A DNA stretch of 64,000 nt from Octopus vulgaris (Eukaryota): NCBI GenBank assembly GCA_951406725.2, contig OX597816.1:20150001-20214000 (forward strand). The letters are read 5' to 3'. How positions within the stretch are numbered: position 1 is the first letter of the stretch; each line of letters opens with the position of its first letter. Below are positions 27,726 through 41,118 of this stretch, one piece after another. Position numbers and translations under genes: made by a program. Below the pieces are notes generated by a model. It was not told the origin of the DNA and did not search any database. It saw nothing but the letters and a program-made list of their open reading frames with translations.

Positions 27726-27829
27726 ATTAATCAATATAGGGTGGCAAAAAAAAATTTTGTAGAATTCTTTTGCCACCAGCGGCCTAGTAGGAAAAAATTA
27801 AATAGTCATAAACCATTTTTACGTTCAAC

Positions 27830-28088
27830 ATCACAATCAAGGAACGGCCATAATAGGCCATTCACCCACTAGAAATAACAGCCAAAAGCTTTAACCGCAA
27901 AATAACATTAATTCCGTAAACCAGGAGAAAATTGAAACAGGGTAATTGAAACAGGGTAAAATTGAAACAGGGTAAAAGTTTTTCAATTTTCTCCTGGTTT
28001 ACGGAATTAATGTTATTTTGCGGTTAAAGCTTTTGGCTGTTATTTCTAGTGGGTGAATGGCCTATTATGGCCGTTCCTTGATTGTGAT
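27830..28088. repeat. Inverted repeat with 108-bp arms, no mismatch seen
   Basis: 27830-27937 is the reverse complement of 27981-28088; spacer region has three AATTGAAACAGGGTA units. Confidence 0.95.
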
Positions 28089-28171
28089 ATATATATATAT
28101 ATATATTGGTAAAAACGGTAAGATAACAAGAGAAAGAAAGAGACCTCGATATTATGTAAATAGAGAAATTT

Positions 28172-28340
28172 ATCTGTAAATGTAATATGTGACAATTATT
28201 CGGTAGCCAATATAAAACTGAGTTTCGGATGCCTATGTGGAAATCCACGCCACCATCTCTTCAAGTGTCCGGCCATCGTCATCTGAAACTCAGAGTTTTA
28301 TATTGGCTACCGAATAATTGTCACATATTACATTTACAGA
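28172..28340. repeat. Inverted terminal fragment of a Penelope-like element with a broken hammerhead
   Basis: Arms about 28172-28240 and 28281-28340; minus strand UUGAAGA GAUG...CAUCC GAAA CUCAG UU without helix I. Confidence 0.65.
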
Positions 28341-28378
28341 TTACACACACACATATATATATATACATATATATATAT

Positions 28379-28720
28379 ATGAATCTCTGTAGGAGAACAA
28401 ATCTTGTATATAAATGTACCATGCACAGAAGGAGAGGGCCGTTTGTTTACACTATGCGAACGGCTGATTCATTTAAGAATTGTTATCGTAACCATGTCGC
28501 CAGCTTTAAGACAATCAATAAGAGACGTTCAACATCTATGACCGATTTCGTATGGCAACTGAAGGAGGATAAAATGAAGTGCAGCATAACTTGGTCCATA
28601 GTAAGGCACGCGAAACCATACAATATAAGATCGAGGAGATGCCGTCACTGCTCCGAGGAAACCCTGTCTCTTCTGTGGACTAATGAGAAGATCATTAATA
28701 GAATTTCTGAAAGGCTCTCG
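28379..28720 (+). pseudogene. Penelope-like element GIY-YIG endonuclease remnant
   Basis: CRRTNLVYKCT...SFKNCYRNHVASFK...STSMTDFVWQLK...ITWSIVRHAKPY...RCRHCSEE...INRISE matches the PLE GIY-YIG pattern; YIG motif decayed. Confidence 0.85.
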
Positions 28721-28721
28721 A

Positions 28722-29280
28722 GATTTCAGTTCTTTTCCAGTGTTTGCAGGTTCTTCTTTTTCTCCGTAGTTGTAAGGTTCTATGACTTCTTTTTAGTATT
28801 TGTCAGCTTCCTTAAACACAGAAAACAGTTTTTTCTTTATCTTGTTCATGTTTTTTGGCTAATTGTATTAGTTTCCTTGCTTTTAAAGTAGGTATTTCTG
28901 TAGTCCCATGGTGGTTATTTTGCAATAATTTTCAAGCAGTATAAGGCCTCATGTGGAGGCGCGTGGCTTAGTGGTTAGGGTGTCAGCATCATCATCATAA
29001 GATTGTGTTTTCGATTCCTGAACCGGGCGACGCGTTGTGTTCTTGAGCAAAACACTTAATTTCACGTTGCTCCAGTCCACTCAGCTGGCAAAAATTAGTA
29101 ACGCTGGGATGGACTGGCGTCCCGTCCAGCTGGGGAACACATACACAATTGAAACCGGGAAACCGGGCCCATGAGCCTGGTTAGGCTTTAAAAGGGCGCA
29201 TTTATTTATTTATTTTAGTATAAGGCCTCTACCACCTTCGATAAGTTATATATAGTGCCTTTCTGTGCCAGATTTTCGTA
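28722..29280 (-). pseudogene. R4/Dong-like LINE internal fragment starting at (TAA)n, split by a SINE
   Basis: Minus translation KSGTER..YI..EGGRGLILLENYCKITTMGLQKYL after removing the SINE. Confidence 0.75.
28951..29216 (+). mobile_element. SINE, head D with tail E, 13-bp TSD
   Basis: TSD AGTATAAGGCCTC at 28938-28950 and 29217-29229; (TTTA)n tail; paralog at 57752-58000. Confidence 0.92.
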
Positions 29281-29301
29281 TTATAATTATTATTAATAGT
29301 C

Positions 29302-29383
<82 letters not shown>

Positions 29384-29443
29384 CATTATTATTATCATTA
29401 TTATTATTACTATTATCATTATTATTATTATCATTATTATCAT

Positions 29444-29475
<32 letters not shown>

Positions 29476-29494
29476 TATTATTTTTATGAATAGT

Positions 29495-29544
<50 letters not shown>

Positions 29545-29545
29545 T
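29280..29545. repeat. (ATT)n/(ATC)n/(AAT)n microsatellites
   Basis: Direct reading. Confidence 0.95.
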
Positions 29546-30673
29546 ATCATAATCATCAACTTCATCTTCTCTTCTTCATCATCCTTAATATTACACAGTA
29601 ATATTTTAGTATTAGTCACCTTATCTTTTTGTGTTTACAAGTTTCTGTTGCTGAAAACCTCTAGACATTTTTTTTTTCTGATACATGTCCCCTTTGATAA
29701 CCTTCTTGGATTCAACAACTGAAAATATCACTGAAAATGACTAAAAGTTATCAATTAAGCTTCATTTACATAGCTTCTTCTAAGGCCTATGTGTCTCAGG
29801 TGTCTAATAATATTATGAAAGGCAGAGAAATGCTAATTTCTGTGAAGTTCTTGCAACTACTAAGATATCAATGAATTCTTCACAATTCCATGGTGGTCAT
29901 TAGCTTTGTCTGTTATCACGACCAAACGTACAACTTAATCAGCTCCGTTGCTGTTTGTTTCGTTCATATGCTTTTCAAAAACATGTGTAATGAAACAAAA
30001 CTGATAATACATTTTAGAAGATCGAACAATTCCTGTAGGCTACCAGGCCTGATTATCTTCTTGTAGTAATTTTGAATGTGTTAATTTCTCAATCACTACA
30101 ACATATTGTAAAAAGAAAAGCTCGTATAAAAAAAATAATAATTTAATTCTCAACCATTTATTTACTTATTTATTCATTTATTTTGCCATAGAGTTAAAAT
30201 CCAAATACATTTGTGTTTCAATTTCTACGGCAGTTACCGCACATCTTCATGAAAAGTTGACGATGAGAAATTGGTTTTAGAAGACACGGATAGTTGGTAT
30301 ATTATATTACACATATCCTGAATCCACAAAACTGCTTTATCGTAGCAATTCTAACACTTTATTCTTTAAAGATGTATTTCTCGCTAATTCATCGTCGAAT
30401 ACTGTTCTTTGACGAAATGTATCTTTAAGGTTTTGATAATGAGATATGCAAACACGTTGGGTGCGAACAAATTTTCGTAAATATGATGACATTTCTTAGG
30501 AGGTCTATATTTGAATAGTTGACGTGTTATGTTTCAAAGCTATGATCATAATTTGCCAACGTTTACACATCTTTTTACCATTAGAGAGAAATTTTTCTCT
30601 ACGGCAGCTGAGGTGAATTTGCCTTGAGGAGTTGAAATACGTGACAAACATATTTAAACTAACCTAATTCGCT

Positions 30674-30749
<76 letters not shown>

Positions 30750-31580
30750 AACATATATATATATATATACATAAATATATATACATACATATATATTAAT
30801 ATATACATACATATATATATATACATATATATTAATATATACACAAACACACACACACACATATATATATATATGTATGTATGTATGTATATATATATAT
30901 GTGTGTGTGTGCGCGTGTGTGTGTCTATGTGTGTGTAAGTACGTATTATGTATGTCTCCAGTGAGGAGGGAACCAGTTTCCAACAAAGATACAAGGTTCA
31001 ATCTTTGGGATGCAGTTAATACAGACAAATTCACATTTGGAACTTGAGAAAAGTCTTGCATATTTTTATTGTTCCTCTCACAGATTGCACTTGTAATGTA
31101 CGAATTGATTTCTATTCCTGAAAATCTCAGTTTATTCAGATTTTCCTTCAAACATTTACTAACAAAACATTAGTGCTTAAATTACTCTGAGTAAAATGAG
31201 AAGAGTACTTGCATATCCTTAAATAACGTACTGATGAAGTAGTTCTGTTTCCATCGGTGGTGACGTTGTTAGTTTTATCTGTTGTGGTGTTGGTTTCGGC
31301 CATAATGTGCTAGCGAGATCTCACGTGGGGTAGATGTAAATTTTAAATATCTGTTCTGGATAACGCTACGTTGGTGAGTAAAAGGTGTTTCTCTCATTGG
31401 GGAAATGAACCGATTTAGGCTGGAGTAGTCGGCATATACCTAGATGAAGGCGTTCAAAACGGATATATTAAACGGTCCTTTACACCTGCATGTATGATAT
31501 TGAGGGTGCCATTATGTATGTATGTATGTATGTATGTATGTATGTATGTATGTATGTATGTATGTATGTATGTCTGTATG

Positions 31581-32083
31581 CATGGTCGGGTCGTCGGCGA
31601 CTAAACTGGCAACCCCACCAAGCTTGCACGGTGAGGAGGGTGTTTGTTGGACACCCTGCCGGATGAAAAACAAAACCCGTCAAAGGGCGGAGGAACTCTT
31701 GAGAGTCAACGGCCATCCAATAAATGTCTTAAGGCTGTATCATGCGCGTAGACATAGAAATAATCGGACTGAATACCCGATCGCGCAATTACACCATTGG
31801 GAGTGAAGGACTCCTAGCCTTTGTTAGGGCGTCCTTCTCGGAGAAGGTAACTCAGGTAACTGGGATAACTCCGACATAAAACCTGCAGCTCAGTGGTTAC
31901 CGATGATCTTGACTTGTTCTTCTTTTCGGATTATGGCTGCTGTTGCTTAGTGAGTGGGATTGACTCAGTGCACAGCCTTTCCTCACTTTTAAAAAAATCT
32001 TCTTGCACAGGCATTGCACGATAACAACATTGATTAAGCTTCGTGCAATGGCCATACTCGATAACGAGGGGGCAGCCACCATG
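31581..32083 (+). mobile_element. GC-richer non-coding element between (TATG)n tracts, probably a non-autonomous LINE derivative
   Basis: Sharp composition shift; GGGCGTCCTTCTCGGAGAAGGTAACTC resembles RTE-type 5' UTR motifs (recalled, unverified). Confidence 0.45.
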
Positions 32084-32166
32084 CATGTATGTATGTATGT
32101 ATGTATGTATGTATGTATGTATGTATGTATGTATGTATGTATGTATGTATGTATGTATGTGTGTAT

Positions 32167-32474
32167 GTGTTCTTTGTTCCTTCTCGAGCCATGCCTGGCA
32201 CATAAGGGCCGGTTTCTCGGTTTCATTGGCGCATAGGTTCCCCTACCTGGACGGGACGTCGGTCCGTCGTAGATGAGCTGCTAGGTGCAGGAGGAAAAAG
32301 TGAGAGAAAGTTGGATCGAAAGATTCAGCAGAGATTCGCCATTACCTTCAGCCGGAACTGCGTGGAGCTTAGCTGCTTCGCTCATAAACACACACACCGC
32401 CCGGTCTGAGATTCGAATCCGCAATCCCTCGACCGTGAGCTCCGCTGCTCTAACCACTAGGCCATGTGCCTCCA
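32167..32474 (-). mobile_element. SINE, head C-type with tail E
   Basis: TGGCCTAGTGGTTAG and GGATTCGAATCTC boxes; paralogs at 37370-37655 and 38452-38578. Confidence 0.85.
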
Positions 32475-32642
32475 CACATATGTACGTATGTACATTTATA
32501 TATTCACCCTACAACGAGAATTTTTTCTGCGACAAAGTGCAATGAATGGCTTTCTAGAATATTCGAACATGCCTCTAGCATATTTGAACAATTAACAAGT
32601 TTGTGTGTGCAAGCAATGATAGCATTTAAAACGACACACACA

Positions 32643-32698
<56 letters not shown>

Positions 32699-33578
32699 CT
32701 CCTTCTTCTCGTTGTACATCATTTCTCCATTTTCAGAGTGTGGAATGTCATAAAACCAGTTTTTGCAACTTGTGTTTCAATACCTTCTCTTTTGAAATTA
32801 GCAATACAGTTTCTGTGCAACATTTCTTTTACTCAGATTACATAGACGTCTTCTGCGAAAAAAGAGTTAACTTTGCTTTCAGTAAATTAACGAAAATGTC
32901 AACCATGTCTCCGAAGAAAGAGTTTTCTTTACGTTAATACATGCGCTATCCAGCTCCAGTGTCTTCGACTTACCTGTATCTTACTGGCATGTTGTAAATA
33001 TGGAAGAATGTCTTTGAATTCCGTTATGTCTCTAAGACATTTCTATATGAATTATATGCGCGTCGATGCTTTTAACAGCACCAAGTAGATGATAGCAGTT
33101 TCCACCAGGATTATCTACAACATATAAACGAAACCCAATCAACCACACTCAATATAATGACTTCCCATGAGATATGCATTCATTCATATTATCAGGACAC
33201 ACCTATCAACATCAATATGATATCATTGTTTGCTTCGTTAATACAATGATACAATATCTACATGTATCAATGAAGTGTATTTCAACAGAACAATAGGCAA
33301 CACAAAACTGCAAAGCCTCTTTAATGATAGCACTCATATTATCTTGTGGTCTCTTATTGTTTCTTCAGATTTATAACGCATACAAATCTGTAGGCCATTT
33401 CCAGAAACAACTCAGCGCAAACATCATTAAAATCACCAACAGATTTGTTGTAAGGCGTAGGTTTTATAGCATATGATGCGTTGACTGATTAAGTGTGTTT
33501 TTTGTTCGTCCATTATCATGTAAGCAGAAGTAAGACTGCCTATGTGTACAGTACATGTGTATGCTTATATATATAAGC

Positions 33579-33830
33579 GTGAAGGCGCAATGGCCCAGTG
33601 GTTAGGGCAGCGGACTCGTTGGTGTAGGATCGCGGATTCGATTCCCAGATCGCGCATTGTGTGTGTTTATTGAACGAAAACACCTAAAGCTCCACGAAGC
33701 TCCAGCAGGGGGTGGTGGAGACCCCTGTTGTACTCTTTCGCTCCAACTTTCTCTCACTCTCTCTTCCTGCTTCTTGAGTAAAGCTGCGACAGACTGGCGT
33801 CCCGCTACAGGAACCGGGAAACCGTGCCCA
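33579..33830 (+). mobile_element. SINE, head C with tail E
   Basis: Head as in 11595, tail GACTGGCGTCCCG...AACCGGGAAACC as in 28951. Confidence 0.85.
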
Positions 33831-33849
33831 TAAATAAATATATATATAT

Positions 33850-34825
33850 GTGAGCAAAATCAACTCACATAACCCTTGCCAATATGCGTCCAGGGTCGTT
33901 ACAATATACATACGCTTCGTAACTTAGAATCGTTTAATTTTTAAATTTAAATCTTTAAATTTTGAATTTTGAATTTTAATTTTCAATTTCAGTTTTTAAT
34001 TTTTTATTTCTATTTTTAATTCCTTAATTCGTATAATTTATCCTATATATACTCGTTTAATTTAGGCATCAATTTTTGCTCTCCCTATTAACCACTGAAT
34101 TAAATATTCTCTATGACCACACCCAGTCTAGAATTCATCTGTTTAATTAATGGACATGAATAATTTTCTCCTCCACTATACCAAAACATTAGCGCCTGAC
34201 CTCTCACCCGGAACCGACACTCCAGAAGGATAATACTGGCATCTTATCGCTATCTTTATTTTTTATAATTGATTCTGACTTCTCATTATTTCTTTCCCAC
34301 TCCTTTCGTTCCTCACGCTCCTCTCTCTTCTATCCAATCTCTCATAATCCATTCCTGTCTATTTTGGTGTACGTCTTTATATACTCATGTTGACCATTTA
34401 CATACTAGGTAATTACTTCAACATGAAATCATCATTCAAAATACTAACAAAATATTGCCTTGATTTGTCTGGTATAATATCTCAGGACCTTTACCTGCAC
34501 GAAAGTACGGACCAACTTCCAACCCCTTTGGGAAAAGATGAGCTGTGAACTTTCTTCTCCTGCCTGTATACTTGTATCTACTTTACTCTTTATTATTCTA
34601 TTCTTTTCTTTATAAATTGTGAAATTCCCTGCTTAGATCTTTCATACATACTCAGCTTGTCTCTGATGACGGAATACCTAGTGTACGAGCATGCTAACCT
34701 ATCACTTGGGATATCCCATAAATAGCTGTTTAACTTCAAATTTACCCTAATTTCATTATTCTATACGACTTTAGATACTCGTCCTGCTTGGCTTTTGTTG
34801 TCCTTTTCCCTCTAATATAATATAA
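33850..34825 (+). mobile_element. Probable Penelope-like terminal region with a degenerate hammerhead at about 34658-34735
   Basis: CUGAUGA CGGAAUACCUAGUG...CACUUGGGAUAUCC...AAAUAGCUGU; boundaries approximate. Confidence 0.4.
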
Positions 34826-34956
34826 ACCTGCAAACACAGAAGCCTAATTCGGATCCCAACCTCAGCCTGAGGTTCAAACTTCGAACATAGTGGATGACAA
34901 ATTATAGCACTTACTCAGCGTACCTATTCATTTAAACCACCAATGAACTAAACTCC

Positions 34957-35003
<47 letters not shown>

Positions 35004-35532
35004 ATATATATATAGTATACCTACGTTTACATATTATATATACACGCGTGTGTTTGCACATATGTATATACGTACAAACGCAGAGATACAGCGTATATAA
35101 GTATATGTATGTGTATATGAACATATACATGAAGCTTGCCATATCATCTGTCTAATAGGACTATTATAAACGTACACCACATTAGTTTTGTGAGGTCCAG
35201 AACGTTTCATATACAGTCTCTGTTCATTACATAGGAGTTGATGAAAGTACGATTTTTCGACTAGGAATGGGAATGTAATAATTTCGGAGAGAACGATGCC
35301 TCAGTAGAATAGGATCCGAGATAGATATTGCAAAGCAATTTGAATCCCTGTCGTGGATATTTACTTCATTTATCGTCACAACGTTTGTTTGTTAGAGGTT
35401 TAATTCATTTAACAGCGTTTTATAATGAGTAATTTTCCATATTGTTTTAGACTTCAGCCTATTCTTCACACGGGACGAGGATAATTATTCTCTTTATATC
35501 GATCATCCAATTGTATAAGAGATAAGATTTCC

Positions 35533-36272
35533 ATTTACTCTTTTACTCTTTTACTTGTTTCAGTCATTTGACTGCGGCCATGCTGGAGCACCGCCTTTAG
35601 TCGATCAAATCGACCCCGGGACTTATTCTTTGTAAGCCCAGTACTTATTCTATCGGTCTCATTTGCCGAACCGCTAAGTTACGGGGACGTAAACACACCA
35701 GCATCGGTTGTCAAGTAATGCTAGGGGGACAAACACAGACACACAAACCCACACACACCCACACACACACACACATACATATATATATCTCTCTATATAT
35801 AAATATATGCGTGTTTCGTGTGTCTGTTTTCTACCCACCCGACCACGGCTTTCAACCGATTCTGATGAAACTTGACACACATATGCCCAATGTCATAATT
35901 CAAAACTAACGCAGCGAAAATTTTGAAAAGTTAACCCCAGTTCTGAAAAATCGATAAATTCGACATGGGGTCGAGAATCAAAAAACAAACCACAGACTGT
36001 CTATATAATTTTTTTCCATTTTTTTGCTATTTTTTGGCTATATAAAATGCTTTATAGTTATACCTGAGCAACGCCGGGCGATACTGCTAGTATATATATA
36101 TATACATATATACGAGGCTTCTTTCAGTTTCCGTCTACCAAATTCACTCACAAGGCATTGGTCGGCCCGGGGCTATAGCAGAAGACACTTGCCCAAGGTG
36201 CCACGCAGTGGGACTGAACCCGGAACCATGTGGTTGGTTAGCAAGCTACTTACCACACAGCCACTCCTGCGT
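35533..36272 (-). mobile_element. Young SINE family B split by a Helitron
   Basis: 3' half 35533-35787, 5' half 36091-36272; the empty site is visible in the paralog near 46300. Confidence 0.9.
35788..36090 (+). mobile_element. Non-autonomous Helitron, second family
   Basis: A|TC start, 3' hairpin CCTGAGCAACGCCGGG, CTAG|T end, no TSD. Confidence 0.85.
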
Positions 36273-37200
36273 CTATGCTTCTTTGCTTCCTCTCAAAAAT
36301 TACTATCTAACCCAAGGGAAGAAAGACTGTTTCTATAACATTTCTTCAGTGCCTTCGTAACTAGTGGCATAAAGAGAAGTGTTTATTCTCAGGTTAAGGC
36401 TCATGTGTAAGTTAATATGGGGATACGCAGGCTCCACTAATATGGGGATTAATGTGAGGCATATAAAGTCAACAGCACAATCCGGGTATACAATGTTAAC
36501 TACCCGAGGTCAAATTCATTTAACAACGTTTTATAATGTGTGTTCACTGATGTCTTAAACTGAAACGTAATTCTGGTATAACGAAAGATTTTAAGACGTG
36601 ACTTTATTCTACTTGTAGAATCAACCATCAACCATCAACAATCCAGTTCTTATTCGATTATTATTTTGTCTGATTGACACCAGCCTCGGGTGAGTTGATT
36701 AATATAACGTATGTCTATGTTCGAATGAATATACGCTAAAACGAGTACCATATAAGAAGCTATTTCAGTTACGCGCCGCTTAATTAAGAAGCATTTCCAT
36801 TAAACAAAAAACAAAATGCATGCGAATAACAAATAAATTAGTTTTCATTAGAGATAACGAGGAATTACTACAAAGAAACTAATTTATAATAATCAACATA
36901 TTTTATATAATCTTAATTATCTAGAGTGAATAATTACTTAATAGATCGGAATTAGTTTTTGTTTACTTATGAAATTATCTATTATTCTTAATAATAATGT
37001 GTTTATAAAAGCTTTCGTCATTAATGAACAATCGTTGTATATCCATGTTAACACTCCTCTGGAGCTAGAAGTTTTGATATCACTGATAGGACGTTGAATT
37101 TCTTTTAGACAAAAGGAAAAATTCGTAAAGCAATTGCTGCAGTCAGCTGTAGGGGATCGATTATATTATAATTTCCTTTTGTGAGCAAGAGTTAGATCTC

Positions 37201-37244
<44 letters not shown>

Positions 37245-37369
37245 GTACAAACAAACACACACGAACACATATACATCTAGAGGTGTGCATATAAATATAT
37301 ATTCATATTTCTGTGTCTGTGTATTTATATTCGCGTGCATACATACATAGATTAGTGTATATATGTAAT

Positions 37370-37655
37370 GTGTTGTTTGTTCCTTCTCGAGCTATGCCTG
37401 GTTCATTAGAGCCGTATAGGTTCCCCACCTGGACGGGACGCAGGTCTGTCGCAGGTGAGCTGCAAGATGTAGGAGGAAAGAGTGAGAGAAAGTTGTGGCG
37501 AAAGAGTCAGACAAAGGTCGCCCTTACCTTCTGCCGGAGCCGCTTGGAACTTAGGTGTTTCGCTCATAAACACGTACAGCGCCCGGTCTGAGATTCGAAC
37601 CCGCGATCCCTCGACCGCAAGTCCGCTGCTCTAACCACTAGGCCATGTGCCACCA
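37370..37655 (-). mobile_element. SINE, head C-type with tail E
   Basis: Homologous to 32167-32474. Confidence 0.85.
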
Positions 37656-37903
37656 CATATATATGTTTACACTTGTTAATAAAATTATGTATTGTATTTC
37701 TGTTCCCATTCTTTATAAATGAATATATGCATACGTTCTATATCAGCCCACTTTAGTATATATCTAGAACATAATTTGAAAAATTCTTATAAACAAACAC
37801 TAAACAAAGTCTACCTCCAAAAAGGGAAAGTATAATCACAGTATACTAAAAAAAATGCTTATAGAACAATAAAGATCTAGAGAGAAACAAATAGCCATAC
37901 CAA

Positions 37904-38075
37904 TGTTGCGTGGATGCCCCAGATGATGAAGTAGGCTAGCCCAATACGTGGATATAGATGGAGAATTCTAGATGTCGTGGAGTTGAGTAGACGTCATATG
38001 AACGTGTGACATAACAATGGCGACGAGAATGAGATTCGAACTCACGTGGGGACTGTGTAGTATTGCGACATAGCA
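37904..38075 (+). mobile_element. Miniature LTR element (TRIM-like) with tRNA-Ser PBS
   Basis: 113-bp TGTT...AACA LTR, TGGCGACGAG PBS at 38018, purine run, short 3' LTR stub, 5-bp TSD ACCAA. Confidence 0.7.
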
Positions 38076-38741
38076 ACCAACTTTACTCAAATACCGTTTT
38101 GAACATCAGAGCACAGAAGAAACAATTTTCTATACCAACAAAGCAATAACATGCCTAATTAATAATCCCAGCCTTACAAATGAAAAGAAAGAAGACCCTC
38201 AATAACAACTACGGCGAGTAAAGAAATGGCCAACCTAAACTCACCACATTACCTCTTTCTATTGTGGAAAAGAAGTTGACAGACCTAATTACTAAGGGAT
38301 CAATCACTGGACATTGTGCTTTTGACTTTAATTGTCAAAGCAGAAAGATTAAATCGACATCAAACAGAATAAAGATCCCGTCACTACTTGTCCTTACCTA
38401 ACGAATGAGAAATATATACAGGCGTGTTTACAAAGTTCTACAAGCATGAATAGAGTTGTGGCGAAAGAGTCAGAAGAAGTTCGCCATTTCCTTTTTGCCG
38501 GACCTGCGTTGAGCTTAGGTATTTCTCTCATAAACACACACACATCGCCCAGTCTGAGATTCGAACACGCGAATCCTCAAAAACCATGAAAATCCTAATT
38601 ACCACCCCACTCAAAACCAAACACCCAGAGATGATTTTAGCCCAACTGACTCTAAAGGGAAACGAACTTTAATGCATCGCAGTCTGACGATGGGTTAGAT
38701 GGCTGAAAGTTCGATATCACTCTCATCAAAATTATTGGTCA

Positions 38742-38780
<39 letters not shown>

Positions 38781-38786
<6 letters not shown>

Positions 38787-38996
38787 AATTAAGGATTGAA
38801 CACGAAAAGTGGACAGTCAACATGCTAGATATAGACGTCAAATCGCCATTCTCCACAAAGATTATGTTCTCAAATCAAACTCAATTCAAACTGAGTTTGA
38901 TTTGAGAACATAATCTTTTGTGGAGAATGGCGATTTGACGTCTATATCTAGCATGTTGACTGTCCACTTTTCGTGTTCAGTCCTTAATTGGTATAT
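38781..38996. repeat. Near-perfect hairpin, about 103-bp arms and 8-nt loop, next to (TA)n
   Basis: 38781-38883 pairs with 38892-38996. Confidence 0.95.
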
Positions 38997-40554
38997 ATAA
39001 ATATTTTAATCTTCGGATTCTTTTTTAATATGCAAACCACTGGTTTTAATTGATAAATATCAATTTCTGCCCTTAATTAATTATATATATATATAACTTT
39101 AGTTACAACAAAGAAAATTCGTTATCGACGACATGCCGATGTATCGATATCCATCTGTCTATCTGTCGGTCTATCTATCTATCTATCTATCCATCTATTT
39201 CTCTACGTATGTATCTTCTATCTTTGTGTCTTTGTCACTCTCCTCACTTTCATTTATACTTGTAAGCACGTCGGCGCGCGCAACGCGTGTATGTTTGTGT
39301 ACGCATGCATATATATATCTATATATACACATATATAGGAACACAAATATATAATTTATATACATATATGTACGTACGTACACACGCATATACGTAGATA
39401 GATAGATAGATATATAGAAAAATAGATAGGTGCATACATACGTTGTTATGCCTTTTACGCGCGCGTATGTTTCTATATGTGTATTTATTTTAGTATGTGT
39501 GTTCGCGCGTATGTGTGTTCGCGCGTATGTGCGTGTTCTTTTAATTTATTCTAGACATGTTGATAAGAAACCCAATTGGAATATTCATTTCTTAAAAAAA
39601 AAAAGCATTTAAATTACTACAAATATCTCCTGAGTGCTACAGTATCCTACGATAATATATATTACATAAACATTATTCTTTTCATCATAACTATTCTCCA
39701 TTATTATATAACGCTGGAAGCTTTTTGTCCTTATTTATTAATCAATCTATATATTCCAATTTCCATTATCTCGATAAGAATTGCCAGATAAAGAAATGTT
39801 TTTATTCGAAAAGCTATTTTTATTCTTTATTATTTTTTTTTATCCTATTGGAATTAATAAATTGGATATGCAATTTCAAGTGTTACCAATAATATTGAGA
39901 TTTATTATTCTTCTAGCTATAATTCAACAATAAATCTTTAGAAAATTGTTTTACGAAATTTTCGGTAAAAATGTTTAATCTTTTGTTATCAATGTTAACA
40001 AGATAATGTCTGAAAATTAATCAAACAGTTAGCCTTAAGCGAGCAGAACCTCATCAGCAGAAGCTGCTAATATAAATATTATCTCCGCTGAAAGGATATC
40101 GATGTGAAATAATGGTTGCGCGTATTTTAATAAAGTTTTATTTCTGGGGTAAAATAACAGTTTTAAGAATACATCAGGAATTACACCTAGCGTCTATTCT
40201 AATTTAATTGATACACTTTTAATATCGAAGTAATAGTAGAGCACGTAGTTTTAAAATTACAATCTCAAATTTACAGTAGAACATGGTAATTTATATTGCA
40301 ATTTAATAGCTTTTCCTGAAATGAGAATTTTTAGTACTTTTACTTTCACAAAATTATAATCTTCGCGTATATTCAGAGGCTGATGTGAAATGAATGATTC
40401 AGAAATATAATTAATTTCTCATATTTGAAGGTGGATACGATATCCTAACGTTTTATTAAACCTGCGTGGTTATGCGTTTTGACTATATATACGAGAGTGT
40501 TAGCGAATATATACACACATGCACACACACACACACATTATATATATATATATA

Positions 40555-40757
40555 TTTCAGTCATATGATTGCGGCCATGCTGGAGAACCGTCTTTAGTCG
40601 AGCAAATCGATCCCAAGACTTATTCTTTGCAAACCTAGTACTTATTCTATCGGTCTTTGTTTCCCGAACCGCTAAGTTAAAGGGCCATAAACACACCAGC
40701 ATCGATGTCAAGCGATGTTGGGGCAAATACAAATACAAACACACACACACACACACA

Positions 40758-40790
<33 letters not shown>

Positions 40791-41118
40791 AAGACTCCCC
40801 CCTTAGTACATGAATAACCATGGGATTGCACCTAGAATCTTACCCCGCGAGGCCGAAGTCCGAGCATGATTGTTCGTGGAAGACCAGCAGCCGCACATGC
40901 ATAAAACTCCACTCTCCGCGTCAATAATGTTGTCCAACACAGCATAGAACAAAGCCAATGAAGAAAGAAACGAGTGTCTTCGCAACTCACTTCTACAGCT
41001 TAGTGAATTGGAGAAAATTGAAATACAATGCTCAAGAGCACAACACAACCCGGTCCTGGAATTGAACTTAATTCCTTGTAATTGTAAGCTCGACGCTCTA
41101 ACCACTGAGCCTTTCCCC
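40555..41118 (-). mobile_element. SINE B 3' half (40555-40760) plus an old SINE with a D-like head and a distinct tail (40790-41118)
   Basis: Matches 35533 region; GCTCAGTGGTTAGAGCG and AGTTCAATTCC boxes. Confidence 0.7.

Noticed and set aside
29619-29719. Possible minus-strand exon (TTTCAG...AG|GTGACT) with RLSKGT similar to the 7106 ORF
   Set aside because: The similarity is too short, that frame has a stop, and no consistent exon chain is visible.
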